DNA of 64,000 nucleotides from a virus: IMG/VR virus record IMGVR_UViG_3300023276_000007, positions 1 through 64,000 of that record. One strand, written 5' to 3'. The notes under the pieces are model-generated. The model saw only the letters and a list, made by a program, of their open reading frames with translations. It did not search any database and was not told where the DNA came from. Shown here piece after piece: positions 17,378 to 26,388 of this stretch (positions are counted from its first letter, which is position 1; each line of letters opens with the position of its first letter). The translations under genes and the position numbers were made by a program.

Positions 17378-19411
17378 ATGCACAACAGTCTTTCGCAAGA
17401 TGATATTAATAAACACGCTCTAGTTGCCGGCTTCGACCTTCTCCTTAAGGAATCACAGGTTGCAGGCGCACTACCAGAGCACCTACGAGCATTCGATGAT
17501 GTAGATAAGACAAGAGAGCTTATCTATGGCAACGTTATTAGCTCCCTTACAGATAAGTTCCCATACTCAGATGGTAAGCACCGTCTTGAGTTACACAACG
17601 TTAAATATTCTGGACCTAAGGAGTATACCTGGGCCCAACAGAAGAAAGCGTTGATTAGCAACAAATCATTGAAGACCCCAGTTAAAGGTACTTGGAAGTT
17701 ATTCGACGAAGAGACAGGAGAGCAGCTCGATGAGAAAGAAGAAGTTGTCATGGACGTTCCTTACTATACCCAACGAGGAACCATCGTTAATAATGGCAAT
17801 GAGTATACCGTCGTTAACCAATCCCGACTCAAACCTGGAGTTTACACACGGACCAAACAGAACGGGGAACATGAAACCCAGTTTAATGTTAAGCCCGGCA
17901 CCGGTAGAGGATTCCGTATATGGATGGAACCTTCTTCAGGTATCTTCCGTGTTAACGTAGGTCAGGCCAACATACCAGCATACCCTTTCCTTAAGATGCA
18001 AGGCGTCTCCGATGAGCAGATGCAGAAGTCTTGGGGTGATGATGTTTATAATGCGAATGTTAAGAAGCAAGACCCACAAGCAGTAAATAAACTTTATGAA
18101 AGGTTTGCCGGTAGTAAGGCAGACAAAGAAGCCACACAAGATCAGAAGGCCGACTACATCAGAGAGCAGCTGACTAAGTCTGAGCTAGATGAGCGCGTGG
18201 TCGAAAGAACTACTGGCTTAGTAGGAACTAAGACCGTCACACCCGAACTACTGCTGCGGACGACTAATAAGTTGCTTAACGTCAACCGTAGAGAAGAAGA
18301 CACCGACGATCGTGACGCGCCAGAGTTCTCCAATATTTTAAGTGTAGAAGACTTCGTTAAAGAACGTATCGATAAAGATGCCGGTAATACAGCTAGGCAG
18401 ATGCTCTTTAACGTCAGAAGGGATAAGAACCTTGGAAGAGTTAGACGAGGAGCCCTGAACAGCTACATGAGCTCACTACTGTTAGGATCAGGCCTAGCCT
18501 CTCCTACTGAAGAGACGAACCCTTTCCAAATCATGGATCAACACAACCGTATCATTAAGCTTGGTGAGGGTGGTATAAGTTCTGCCCAAACTATTACTGA
18601 TGAAGCACGTGACGTTAATACTGGTCAGGTTGGTTTCATTGATCCTGTCGCTGGGCCTGAGTCTGATAAGGTAGGTATCGATGTTCGAGCATCCTACAAA
18701 TCATTCAAAGGTAATGACGGACAGATCTATGCAGAGTTCTTAGACAATAAAGGTAAGAAGCAATACCTGAAGCCAGAGGATATGGCTGGAGCTACTGTTG
18801 CATTCCCCGGACAAGACCCTAAGAAGCAGAAGTACGCTAACGTTATTAAGAATGGTAAGCTTACAAAGACTGACTGGGAGGACGTCGATTATACAGTGCC
18901 GTCACAAGCACATATGTACTTCGGTGGATTCAACCTCACACCATTACCAACATCATTTCAGCCAGGACGTGCGTTCTACGCCTCTAAGTATTGGAGTCAG
19001 TACCTTCCACTTAAGAATGGGGAAGTCCCACTCGTCCAGACACAGGTTCCAGGAGAGGACGCAAGTTTCTCTGAACACTACGGTAGAAAGACTGCCGGTA
19101 TAAACTCCAAGGTTGGCGGCATTGTTACTAAGGTTACCGACGGTGGAGTTACAGTTACAGACGAAGAAGGCAAGAAGCATTTCTACGAGACTGTAAAAGA
19201 TTTCCCTTTCAACAGGCTTACCGCGATATCATTCAGCCCAAAGGTTAAGTCCGGCGATGTGGTAAAGCCTGGCGACATGATTGCCCACTCGAACTTCACA
19301 GATAAAGAAACTGGTGCGTTCAACATGGGTACTAACCTCAAGACTGCAGTCGTACCGTATGAAGGATTCTCTTTTGAGGATGCATACGTTATCTCGGAGG
19401 CTGCCGCATAA
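17378..19411 (+). CDS. rpoB: phage multisubunit RNA polymerase, beta subunit N-terminal part
   Basis: VPYYTQRGTIVNNGNEYTVVNQ, DDRD, TNP...LGEGGI, RDV...GFIDPV.GPE, GTNLKTAVVPYEGFSFEDAYVISE match bacterial beta motifs. Confidence 0.9.
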   Translation: MHNSLSQDDINKHALVAGFDLLLKESQVAGALPEHLRAFDDVDKTRELIYGNVISSLTDKFPYSDGKHRLELHNVKYSGPKEYTWAQQKKALISNKSLKTPVKGTWKLFDEETGEQLDEKEEVVMDVPYYTQRGTIVNNGNEYTVVNQSRLKPGVYTRTKQNGEHETQFNVKPGTGRGFRIWMEPSSGIFRVNVGQANIPAYPFLKMQGVSDEQMQKSWGDDVYNANVKKQDPQAVNKLYERFAGSKADKEATQDQKADYIREQLTKSELDERVVERTTGLVGTKTVTPELLLRTTNKLLNVNRREEDTDDRDAPEFSNILSVEDFVKERIDKDAGNTARQMLFNVRRDKNLGRVRRGALNSYMSSLLLGSGLASPTEETNPFQIMDQHNRIIKLGEGGISSAQTITDEARDVNTGQVGFIDPVAGPESDKVGIDVRASYKSFKGNDGQIYAEFLDNKGKKQYLKPEDMAGATVAFPGQDPKKQKYANVIKNGKLTKTDWEDVDYTVPSQAHMYFGGFNLTPLPTSFQPGRAFYASKYWSQYLPLKNGEVPLVQTQVPGEDASFSEHYGRKTAGINSKVGGIVTKVTDGGVTVTDEEGKKHFYETVKDFPFNRLTAISFSPKVKSGDVVKPGDMIAHSNFTDKETGAFNMGTNLKTAVVPYEGFSFEDAYVISEAAA

Positions 19412-21838
19412 ATGCTTGAGACTGAACGGTTGGTAGGCTTTGATAAGACGTCTAGAGGTGAGGACGTAGTTAACAAGAATAAGTTTCTATCAGCCTTCAG
19501 TAAGAAGTTCACCGCCGACCAGTATAAGACTATTACTGATAACGGTGTGGTGAAGACGGGAACTATACTCAAGAAAGGCGACCCCATTATTTTAGCTCTT
19601 GGACCTAAGGTTCTAGGTAAAGAAGATGAGAAGCTTGGTCGTCTACATAAAACTTTAAGAAACGCCTTCAAGGATGACTCGGTAGTTTGGGAATCAAGGT
19701 TCCCTGGAGTTGTTACTGATGTTGGTATTACTAACAAAGGCGTAAAGGTTAACGTTAAAACATCGTCCCCAGCTCAGATGGGTGACAAACTGGCAAATCT
19801 TGCCGCATCTAAAGGTGTTATAGGGAAAATTATTCCTGATGACGAGATGCCTAAGGATCAGTTAACAGACGAACCTTATGAAATGCTACTTAACCCTATG
19901 GTAGTCCAGTCCCGTGTTGCGCCGAACCAGTTAGCAGAGATGCAGCTGGCTAAGATAGCTAAAAAAACAGGGAAGGCTTATAAGTTACCATCCGAAGCAC
20001 CAGAAGAGGGATGGAGCGCGTTTGCTAAAGCAGAGTTAGATAAGAATGGACTATCTGCAAGGAACACTGTCTACGACCCAGTAAAAGGTAGAGAGATAAA
20101 GAACCTTGGTGAAGGCTATATGTATATGAGTGCATTCCACCACTTAGCAGAAAAGAAAGTATCTGGCCGCGATATGGTTGGTGGCTACACAGATGCTGGT
20201 CAACCTTCTAAAGGCGGAAAGACTGGAGCTAAGAAGTTTAGTGGTATGAACCTTAACGCTGCATTAGCTCACGGTGCCCATGAGGTTATCAAGGATGCTA
20301 CCCTTATCCGAGGTGTTAAGAACGAAGACTATTGGAACACTCTAAGGTCAGGTAGACCACTTCCAGAGCCAGAGACACCATTTATATATGACAAGTTTAT
20401 GAACACCTTGAAGGCCGGCGGTATTAACGTCGACAAGAAGGGTGACATCCTTTCTATCATGCCGATGACTAATTCAGACATCGATAAGATATCTGGCGGA
20501 GAGATCAAGAATAGCCGTACTGTCGACATCAAGAATCAGGACAGTGCTCCTGGTGGTTTATTTGATATGGCAGTTACTGGCGGTGCCGGGGGTAATAAGT
20601 GGGGACACATAACTCTAGCAGAGCCTATCCCTAACCCAGTAATGGAAGAACCTATCAGACGTGTACTTGGTCTTAAGGTAAAAGACTTCCACGACATACT
20701 AGCCGGTAAGCAAGAGCTTGAAGGCGAGACTGGTGGCAAGGCTATACGTAAGGCACTTGGCGCAATAGACGTTGATAAAGATATTGAAAAGTATACCCAT
20801 GAGATTAAGACTGCTCGTGGTGCGCGTAGAGATAATGCAGTGAAAGCACTTCGTTACTTACATGCAGCTCGTAAGCAAAGTATTAGCCCTACTGATTGGA
20901 TACTAGATAAGGTACCAGTAATCCCACCAGCGTTCAGGCCTATCTCACAAGTAGGCGATATGCTCAAGGCTTCTGACCTTAATGGTTTGTACCGCGACGT
21001 TATCGAAACAAACAATAGTATTAAAGACTTAAGAGAAGACCTACCAGAAGATGAGCTAGCAGATGAGAAGATCGCTCTTTATAAATCTGTAACTGCAGCA
21101 TTTGGTTTAGGTCAGCCTATTACTCCAGATGGTACCTCCAAGAATTGGAAGGGCGCGATCAGACAAGTTATTGGTAGCAACCCTAAGACAGGTATGCTCC
21201 AGAGTAAGGTTCTTTCCAAGACTGTTAACTTTGTAGGTAGAGCTGTTGCCAGCCCTAACCCTAACTATGATATGGACACAGTCGGTATCCCAGAGAATAA
21301 GGCATGGACTATTTATAGACCTTTCATCATTCGCGCACTTGTACGTGATGGTGTACCACAAGCCAAAGCTACTGAGATGGTAGAAGACCAAGATAAAGTA
21401 GCTAAGGATGCCTTGATTGCAGAGATGGATAAGCGCCCAGTGATTATGGATAGAGCGCCTACATGGCACAAGTTCAACCTTCTTGCATTCAAGGGTAAGC
21501 TAGTTGAGAGCGACACCATACAGGTAAGCCCTCTTATTGTTGCAGGGTTCAATATGGACTTTGATGGCGATGCTGTTAACTTCCACGTTCCAGTCTCAGA
21601 CAAAGCTGTTAAGCAAGCCTGGGAAAAGATGACACCATCTAAGAACCTGTTTGCAGTTAATGACCTTAAGTCCCCTCAACATGCTATCAGTAAAGAGATG
21701 GCTATGGGACTTTACCAACTTACTCGTAAGGCTAAGAATAAGAAGCCTGTAGTCTTTAGTTCTGTAGAAGAAGCTAAGAAGGCCTACAAGGAAGGATTGA
21801 TTGATGCCAACGACCCAATTGAAATAGAGGGTGCATAA
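19412..21838 (+). CDS. phage RNA polymerase, beta C-terminal part fused to beta' N-terminal part (catalytic)
   Basis: beta motifs GDK...KGV, NP..V.SR, HHLAEKK, GQP..G; beta' motifs WGHI.L, VPVIPP.FRP, SDLN.LY, GRAV, RAPT.H and NMDFDGD (21551-21571). Confidence 0.92.
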   Translation: MLETERLVGFDKTSRGEDVVNKNKFLSAFSKKFTADQYKTITDNGVVKTGTILKKGDPIILALGPKVLGKEDEKLGRLHKTLRNAFKDDSVVWESRFPGVVTDVGITNKGVKVNVKTSSPAQMGDKLANLAASKGVIGKIIPDDEMPKDQLTDEPYEMLLNPMVVQSRVAPNQLAEMQLAKIAKKTGKAYKLPSEAPEEGWSAFAKAELDKNGLSARNTVYDPVKGREIKNLGEGYMYMSAFHHLAEKKVSGRDMVGGYTDAGQPSKGGKTGAKKFSGMNLNAALAHGAHEVIKDATLIRGVKNEDYWNTLRSGRPLPEPETPFIYDKFMNTLKAGGINVDKKGDILSIMPMTNSDIDKISGGEIKNSRTVDIKNQDSAPGGLFDMAVTGGAGGNKWGHITLAEPIPNPVMEEPIRRVLGLKVKDFHDILAGKQELEGETGGKAIRKALGAIDVDKDIEKYTHEIKTARGARRDNAVKALRYLHAARKQSISPTDWILDKVPVIPPAFRPISQVGDMLKASDLNGLYRDVIETNNSIKDLREDLPEDELADEKIALYKSVTAAFGLGQPITPDGTSKNWKGAIRQVIGSNPKTGMLQSKVLSKTVNFVGRAVASPNPNYDMDTVGIPENKAWTIYRPFIIRALVRDGVPQAKATEMVEDQDKVAKDALIAEMDKRPVIMDRAPTWHKFNLLAFKGKLVESDTIQVSPLIVAGFNMDFDGDAVNFHVPVSDKAVKQAWEKMTPSKNLFAVNDLKSPQHAISKEMAMGLYQLTRKAKNKKPVVFSSVEEAKKAYKEGLIDANDPIEIEGA

Positions 21839-22356
21839 TGCCAGCAAAGCCTGTAGTCGAAAAGGAGAAGAGCTCTTGGTTAATAATAGCCGAGAAGGTA
21901 GTACTTCCTATCTTAGGGTTCCTTTGCATCTGGATCTTTAATACAATTAACGTATTAGAGGATGAGTATAGCAAACTATCTGATAAGAACTTGCACGAAC
22001 GTATCTTGGAGCTAGAGAAGCGAGAAGAGGCTATTGATGAGAAGTTTAAAGAGATGTCTGCTATGTGGCGGGTTATTAAAAGCTATGATGACAAGATAAC
22101 AGCTAACAAGGTACAATCACAAGTGAACGCATTAGTACATGCCAGACTTACAACTACTAGTACTGTAGAGTCGTCTGTATTACCTAACCCATCTAAGAGT
22201 TGGAAACCTCTTCCTCTGCCTCATATTCTTAAGCCTGTTGACAATAAAGAACTTATTCTAAATAAGTTTAAGCTTGACCTAGACAAAGACCCGGAGCAGT
22301 TTAAACAAAAGCATCTACGAGAATTTAACCAAGAACAGCTAGAAAGGAAGAGGTAA
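21838..22356 (+). CDS. membrane-anchored coiled-coil protein
   Basis: One N-terminal TM helix (VVLPILGFLCIWIF) followed by a coiled coil. Confidence 0.6.
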   Translation: MPAKPVVEKEKSSWLIIAEKVVLPILGFLCIWIFNTINVLEDEYSKLSDKNLHERILELEKREEAIDEKFKEMSAMWRVIKSYDDKITANKVQSQVNALVHARLTTTSTVESSVLPNPSKSWKPLPLPHILKPVDNKELILNKFKLDLDKDPEQFKQKHLREFNQEQLERKR

Positions 22357-23048
22357 TGTCACAGCAACCACCTAAACAAGCACCATCGTTACTAAATAGA
22401 GCTAAACACTTAGCAGGCGCAGCAGGGCGCATAGGTAAAGCCGCAGCTAGCGGAGATGCGGTTAAGGTGACTAATGATACTCGTAATAAACGGATAGCGA
22501 TCTGTGAGAGTAACAAGTGTGGGGCATTTAATAGTAAGGAGCGAATCTGTAACTGGTGTGGTTGCTTTATAAACCAAAAGGCTAAGTTCGCCACCGAAAT
22601 GTGTGGAGAAAGAGAAATCGCAGAGCAGAACGGTACTGCCGGGCATGATTGGTGGGAAGCACAGACGGTTAACAGTAAGGGCAAGGTAGAAACTCCTGAA
22701 ACACCTAAACCACAACGTACTAAACGGTTTGAACTACACGGCAACTCCCACTATATTACCGGAACGAAATTGTTAGAGCAGGAAGCCCATCTTAGGATGA
22801 TACTACCTACTAATGGTGAGTTAGTTAAAAAATTTAATGAGTATCACGTAGCTCAGAGTCAGCCTGGAGGTTGTTCCGGATGTCGGAAGAATTCTTTTGG
22901 AAGAGCTTTTGAGAAGGCATTGTCCACGGACTTTGTTAAACAAGGAACAGAACTAGTTGAAAAGGTTAGAGCTATATACCCAGAGTCTAAGTATATCTCT
23001 GCACCCAGCCCGATTACTTGGGAAGAATTAATAAAGAGGACAAAATGA
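22356..23048 (+). CDS. Cys-rich hypothetical protein (DUF6171-like metal-binding motif)
   Basis: RIAICESNKC...ICNWCGCFINQKA...C and GCSGC. Confidence 0.6.
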   Translation: MSQQPPKQAPSLLNRAKHLAGAAGRIGKAAASGDAVKVTNDTRNKRIAICESNKCGAFNSKERICNWCGCFINQKAKFATEMCGEREIAEQNGTAGHDWWEAQTVNSKGKVETPETPKPQRTKRFELHGNSHYITGTKLLEQEAHLRMILPTNGELVKKFNEYHVAQSQPGGCSGCRKNSFGRAFEKALSTDFVKQGTELVEKVRAIYPESKYISAPSPITWEELIKRTK

Positions 23049-23782
23049 ACTACTTAGATGACAATACCTTAAAAGCTATCAGAGCTTCTCAACTAAACAA
23101 AGAAGCTTTTGTTGCTATGCCGGGCGGTATGCCTGAAGATCAAGGCCAGGGCGGGGCACCACCACAAGGCGGACCTCCTCAGGGCGGACCACCAATGGAC
23201 CCAGCAGCAGGCGGACCACCACAAGGCGATCCTTCAATGGGCGGCGGAGCACCTATGGGTGAGCCAGTACCTCAAGAGATTATACCAATACTACAGCAGA
23301 TGGGTATTCAAGTAGATCCTCAGACAGGTATGGCAGTTGATCCAGAGACAGGGCAACCAATACCTACTGAAATGGTTATGCAAGTTCTACAAGAGAACGG
23401 TATGCTTGGTGGTGGCGATCCTTCAATGGGCGGAGATCCTTCAATGGGTGGCGCACCAATGGGCGGCGATCCTTCAATGGGCGGCGGAGCACCAATGCCA
23501 CCCGAGCCAGCACCTGCACCACCCGAGCCGCTACTACCACCAGATAGTATAGCAATGGCATCTAAAGAAGAATTTAAAGCAATCATGTCGGATGTTCTTA
23601 AGAGAGACCTACCAGGGCTTCTTAAGCAAGAACTTCCAACATTGTTACAGCCACTACTTAAAGAGGCAGTAGCTCAAGTCCTATCAGGACAGTATCAGGG
23701 CGATGAGCAGTTACTTACTAGTATTGCGGATTCGGTATCAAGTAACAATGAACTATTAAACTCAATCACAGGAGTATTATAA
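23045..23782 (+). CDS. Pro/Gly/Met-rich protein with K-x-A propeptide
   Basis: ATG 23045 after GAGG (ATGA overlap); LNKEA followed by GGPP and GDPSMGG repeats. Confidence 0.65.
   Translation: MNYLDDNTLKAIRASQLNKEAFVAMPGGMPEDQGQGGAPPQGGPPQGGPPMDPAAGGPPQGDPSMGGGAPMGEPVPQEIIPILQQMGIQVDPQTGMAVDPETGQPIPTEMVMQVLQENGMLGGGDPSMGGDPSMGGAPMGGDPSMGGGAPMPPEPAPAPPEPLLPPDSIAMASKEEFKAIMSDVLKRDLPGLLKQELPTLLQPLLKEAVAQVLSGQYQGDEQLLTSIADSVSSNNELLNSITGVL
23225..23495 (+). repeat. dispersed coding repeat GG(C/A)GATCCTTCAATGGG (GDPSMG), four copies
   Basis: One copy near 23225 and three clustered at about 23414-23482. Confidence 0.7.
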
Positions 23783-24270
23783 TGACACAAGAACAGGCAT
23801 TCCAACAAGGATTCGTAGATAAGTGCGCAGCACACGGGGTCGACCCAGTGTTGGTAATAGATGCACATCTAAAGAAAGAAGCAGGGCTTAAGGACCTTGG
23901 ACAGGACCTTGTGGGGAAGCTATTTGGAAGAAGCGTTCCAGAAAGTGTAGGTAGGTATATCGACGCAGTACTAGGTGGGAAGAAAACCGGACTGGGACAT
24001 AAAATCAGCCTAACAGATATGAACATGCGCAATGCGCGCAGCCAAGCAGACAACATTACCCGCAATAGCGCCCTCAATGGTCCAGCCATCGAGAAGGACC
24101 TCGAAAGGTACGAAGACATGTACAATGCGATGAAAACCCAGAAGGGAAGGCTTGAATCAGATCTGTTTGACGAGACCCGGCGAGTAGCTGATGCGCGTAC
24201 CGGTACCGCCGCTGGTGCTGGCGTAGGCGGACTACTAGCTAGCTTGTTAGGTAATAAAGACGAGGAATAA
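23782..24270 (+). CDS. putative internal virion protein with GF leader and C-terminal glycine zipper
   Basis: AFQQGFVDKCAAHGVDP...LKKEA; C-terminal GTAAGAGVGGLLASLLG. Confidence 0.7.
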   Translation: MTQEQAFQQGFVDKCAAHGVDPVLVIDAHLKKEAGLKDLGQDLVGKLFGRSVPESVGRYIDAVLGGKKTGLGHKISLTDMNMRNARSQADNITRNSALNGPAIEKDLERYEDMYNAMKTQKGRLESDLFDETRRVADARTGTAAGAGVGGLLASLLGNKDEE

Positions 24271-24497
24271 TGGCTAAACGAGTAATAGTAAAAGGTCCTA
24301 TCGGTTGTCCAATACTCTTGGACACTGATCACGCAACTGCCATCGAGTTCTATGATGACAGTGGGGACCTTTGTGCTGTTTTCGGTAAGGTTATAAATAA
24401 AAACTTTTGGTCGTTCTCTACTAAGAACGATAAGGATTGGAACGAAACGCTCCAGCAATTGGGTGTTAAATATATGAAGGCACCGATACTGACATGA
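24270..24497 (+). CDS. hypothetical protein
   Basis: 75 aa, translationally coupled on both sides. Confidence 0.6.
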   Translation: MAKRVIVKGPIGCPILLDTDHATAIEFYDDSGDLCAVFGKVINKNFWSFSTKNDKDWNETLQQLGVKYMKAPILT

Positions 24498-26353
24498 GCA
24501 CTACCGTTGGACAGCTACTAGTTAATGACCTACTTCCTGAGAAGTATAAGGATCATGAGAGATCGCTTACTGGGGATAACCTTACAGATCTTCTTGCCCA
24601 GATTGGTAACGAAGACCCTGACCTTTATAAAAGCCTTTCCCATAAGCTTATGCAGATGGGCGCCAAGGCTTCTTATACAGAAGGTACTACTATCTCCATA
24701 GAAGACCTATTAACTCCCGATCCGAAGCTGCGTAAAGAAGTCTTTGCCTTTGTTGATAAGCAAGAAGACGTTATACGTAAATCTAAAGACCTGACAGACG
24801 AAGAAAAGCAGACAGCCTTATCTACAGTCTACTCAGCAGCTCAGAAGAAACTAGTCGACGGCACAATGGCTGCCGCAGTTGCCCAAGACAATCCACTAGC
24901 ATTACAGATCTTATCTAAAGCAAGAGGTAACCCAGGACAGCTTACTGCTATGACAGCAAGTCCTGGTATCTATACTGATGCCAAGGATAACGTCGTTCCA
25001 TTATTCGTAAGAAGAAGCTATGCAGAAGGCTTAAGCCCTGCAGAATACTATGCAGCAACGTTCGGTACTCGTAAGGGTGTCATTGCTACAAAGTTTGCTA
25101 CTCGCGATGCAGGAGACTTTGGTAAGCAACTTAACACTGCATCAGCTGACCTTATTGTTACTGAAGAAGACTGCGGTACTCCTAATGGAATACCTGTTGG
25201 AGTTGGCGATACAGACTCGGTAGGAGCTTTGCTTGCTAAAGATGTAAGTGGTTATAAAGCCGACGCTGCTGTTGATTCTCGTATGCTCAATAAGCTAGAT
25301 GGATCTAAATATAAGAAGATCGTAGTACGCTCTCCAATTACCTGTCAAGCAAAAGGTGGTGTATGTAAGAAGTGTGTAGGTCTTCGTGAGAATGGCAAGC
25401 TACCCGAACTACGACAAGCTGTAGGTATCCAAGCATCATCTGCATTAGCAGAAAGAATTGCACAGGGATCACTCAATACCAAACATGCCGGAGGTCAAGC
25501 TTCTGGCGATGGTGAAAAAGTTTATGCAGGGTTCCCTATCATTAATCAGATAGGACAGATCCCTAAGACATTCAGACACAAAGCAACTCTTGCAGACGTT
25601 GACGGTGCCGTATCTAAAGTAGAGACAGCACCTCAGGGTGGTACTAATGTATACATCGGTGACACGATACATTACATAGAACCAGAGCAAACAGTCAACG
25701 TGAAAGAGGGTGACGACCTAGAGGCTGGTGATCAGCTTTCAACAGGTATCATTAACCCAGCAGAAGTCGTTAGGCATAAAGGTATCGGCGAAGGTCGACG
25801 TTACTATGCAGAGCGATTGACTAAAGCCTTTAACGACAGTAAGTTAAAAGCAAACAGGCGAAATACAGAGTTAGTAGCACGAGCTGCTATTAATCATGTA
25901 GAAGTTGAAGACCCTAGTGGGTTAGGAGATTACTTACCTGGAGATGTAGTTAGTTACAATAACCTTGCAACAAGCTATGCCCCTAGAAAAGACGCCGTAG
26001 CTGATAAGCCCTCAAAGCTTGTTGGTAAATATTTAGAGCAACCTTACTTGCACCACACGATCGGTTCAAGAGTCACCAATAAGGTCGCTAAAGAGTTAGA
26101 AGAGTTTGGTATAGATAACATACAAGTACATGATAACCAGCCAGGTTTTACTGCGAGTATGATACGGTTAAGAGCTGTACCACATTATGGTAAAGATTGG
26201 TTAGCCAAGTTGCAAGGTTCATACTTGCAGAGTAACTTGTTGCAGGATGCACAGACAGGTGCAACCAGCGACATACACGGCACCCACCCAGTACCTGCAG
26301 TTGTTTTTGGCAAAGAACTTGGTGAAAGTAAAAAAGATAGAGTTACATTTTAA
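24494..26353 (+). CDS. rpoC: phage RNA polymerase beta' subunit C-terminal part
   Basis: TTVG, SKARG, bridge helix EGLSPAEYY..TFGTRKG...T.DAG, EEDCGT, RSPITC...VCKKC, trigger loop AVGIQA...AQGSLNTKHAGG. Confidence 0.92.
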   Translation: MSTTVGQLLVNDLLPEKYKDHERSLTGDNLTDLLAQIGNEDPDLYKSLSHKLMQMGAKASYTEGTTISIEDLLTPDPKLRKEVFAFVDKQEDVIRKSKDLTDEEKQTALSTVYSAAQKKLVDGTMAAAVAQDNPLALQILSKARGNPGQLTAMTASPGIYTDAKDNVVPLFVRRSYAEGLSPAEYYAATFGTRKGVIATKFATRDAGDFGKQLNTASADLIVTEEDCGTPNGIPVGVGDTDSVGALLAKDVSGYKADAAVDSRMLNKLDGSKYKKIVVRSPITCQAKGGVCKKCVGLRENGKLPELRQAVGIQASSALAERIAQGSLNTKHAGGQASGDGEKVYAGFPIINQIGQIPKTFRHKATLADVDGAVSKVETAPQGGTNVYIGDTIHYIEPEQTVNVKEGDDLEAGDQLSTGIINPAEVVRHKGIGEGRRYYAERLTKAFNDSKLKANRRNTELVARAAINHVEVEDPSGLGDYLPGDVVSYNNLATSYAPRKDAVADKPSKLVGKYLEQPYLHHTIGSRVTNKVAKELEEFGIDNIQVHDNQPGFTASMIRLRAVPHYGKDWLAKLQGSYLQSNLLQDAQTGATSDIHGTHPVPAVVFGKELGESKKDRVTF

Positions 26354-26388
26354 TAGGCGGCGAGCCGGATAAACAGGAGACAATATAA

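Noticed and set aside
19409-19411. Genome-wide stop-codon reassignment
   Set aside because: TAA is the usual stop here (many TAATG junctions), TAG and TGA also end genes, and long ORFs are intact in the standard code.
21838-22356. Holin or spanin call
   Set aside because: A single TM plus coiled coil is compatible, but no endolysin or lipoprotein partner is adjacent, so it is left unassigned.
21838-24494. Intron or intein interrupting beta'
   Set aside because: The interval holds five intact, coupled ORFs with no homing endonuclease or splicing motifs, and beta'-C has its own ATG.
17378-26353. Cellular rpoBC operon or host contamination
   Set aside because: No ribosomal-protein neighbours; the genes are highly divergent and translationally coupled to phage head genes.
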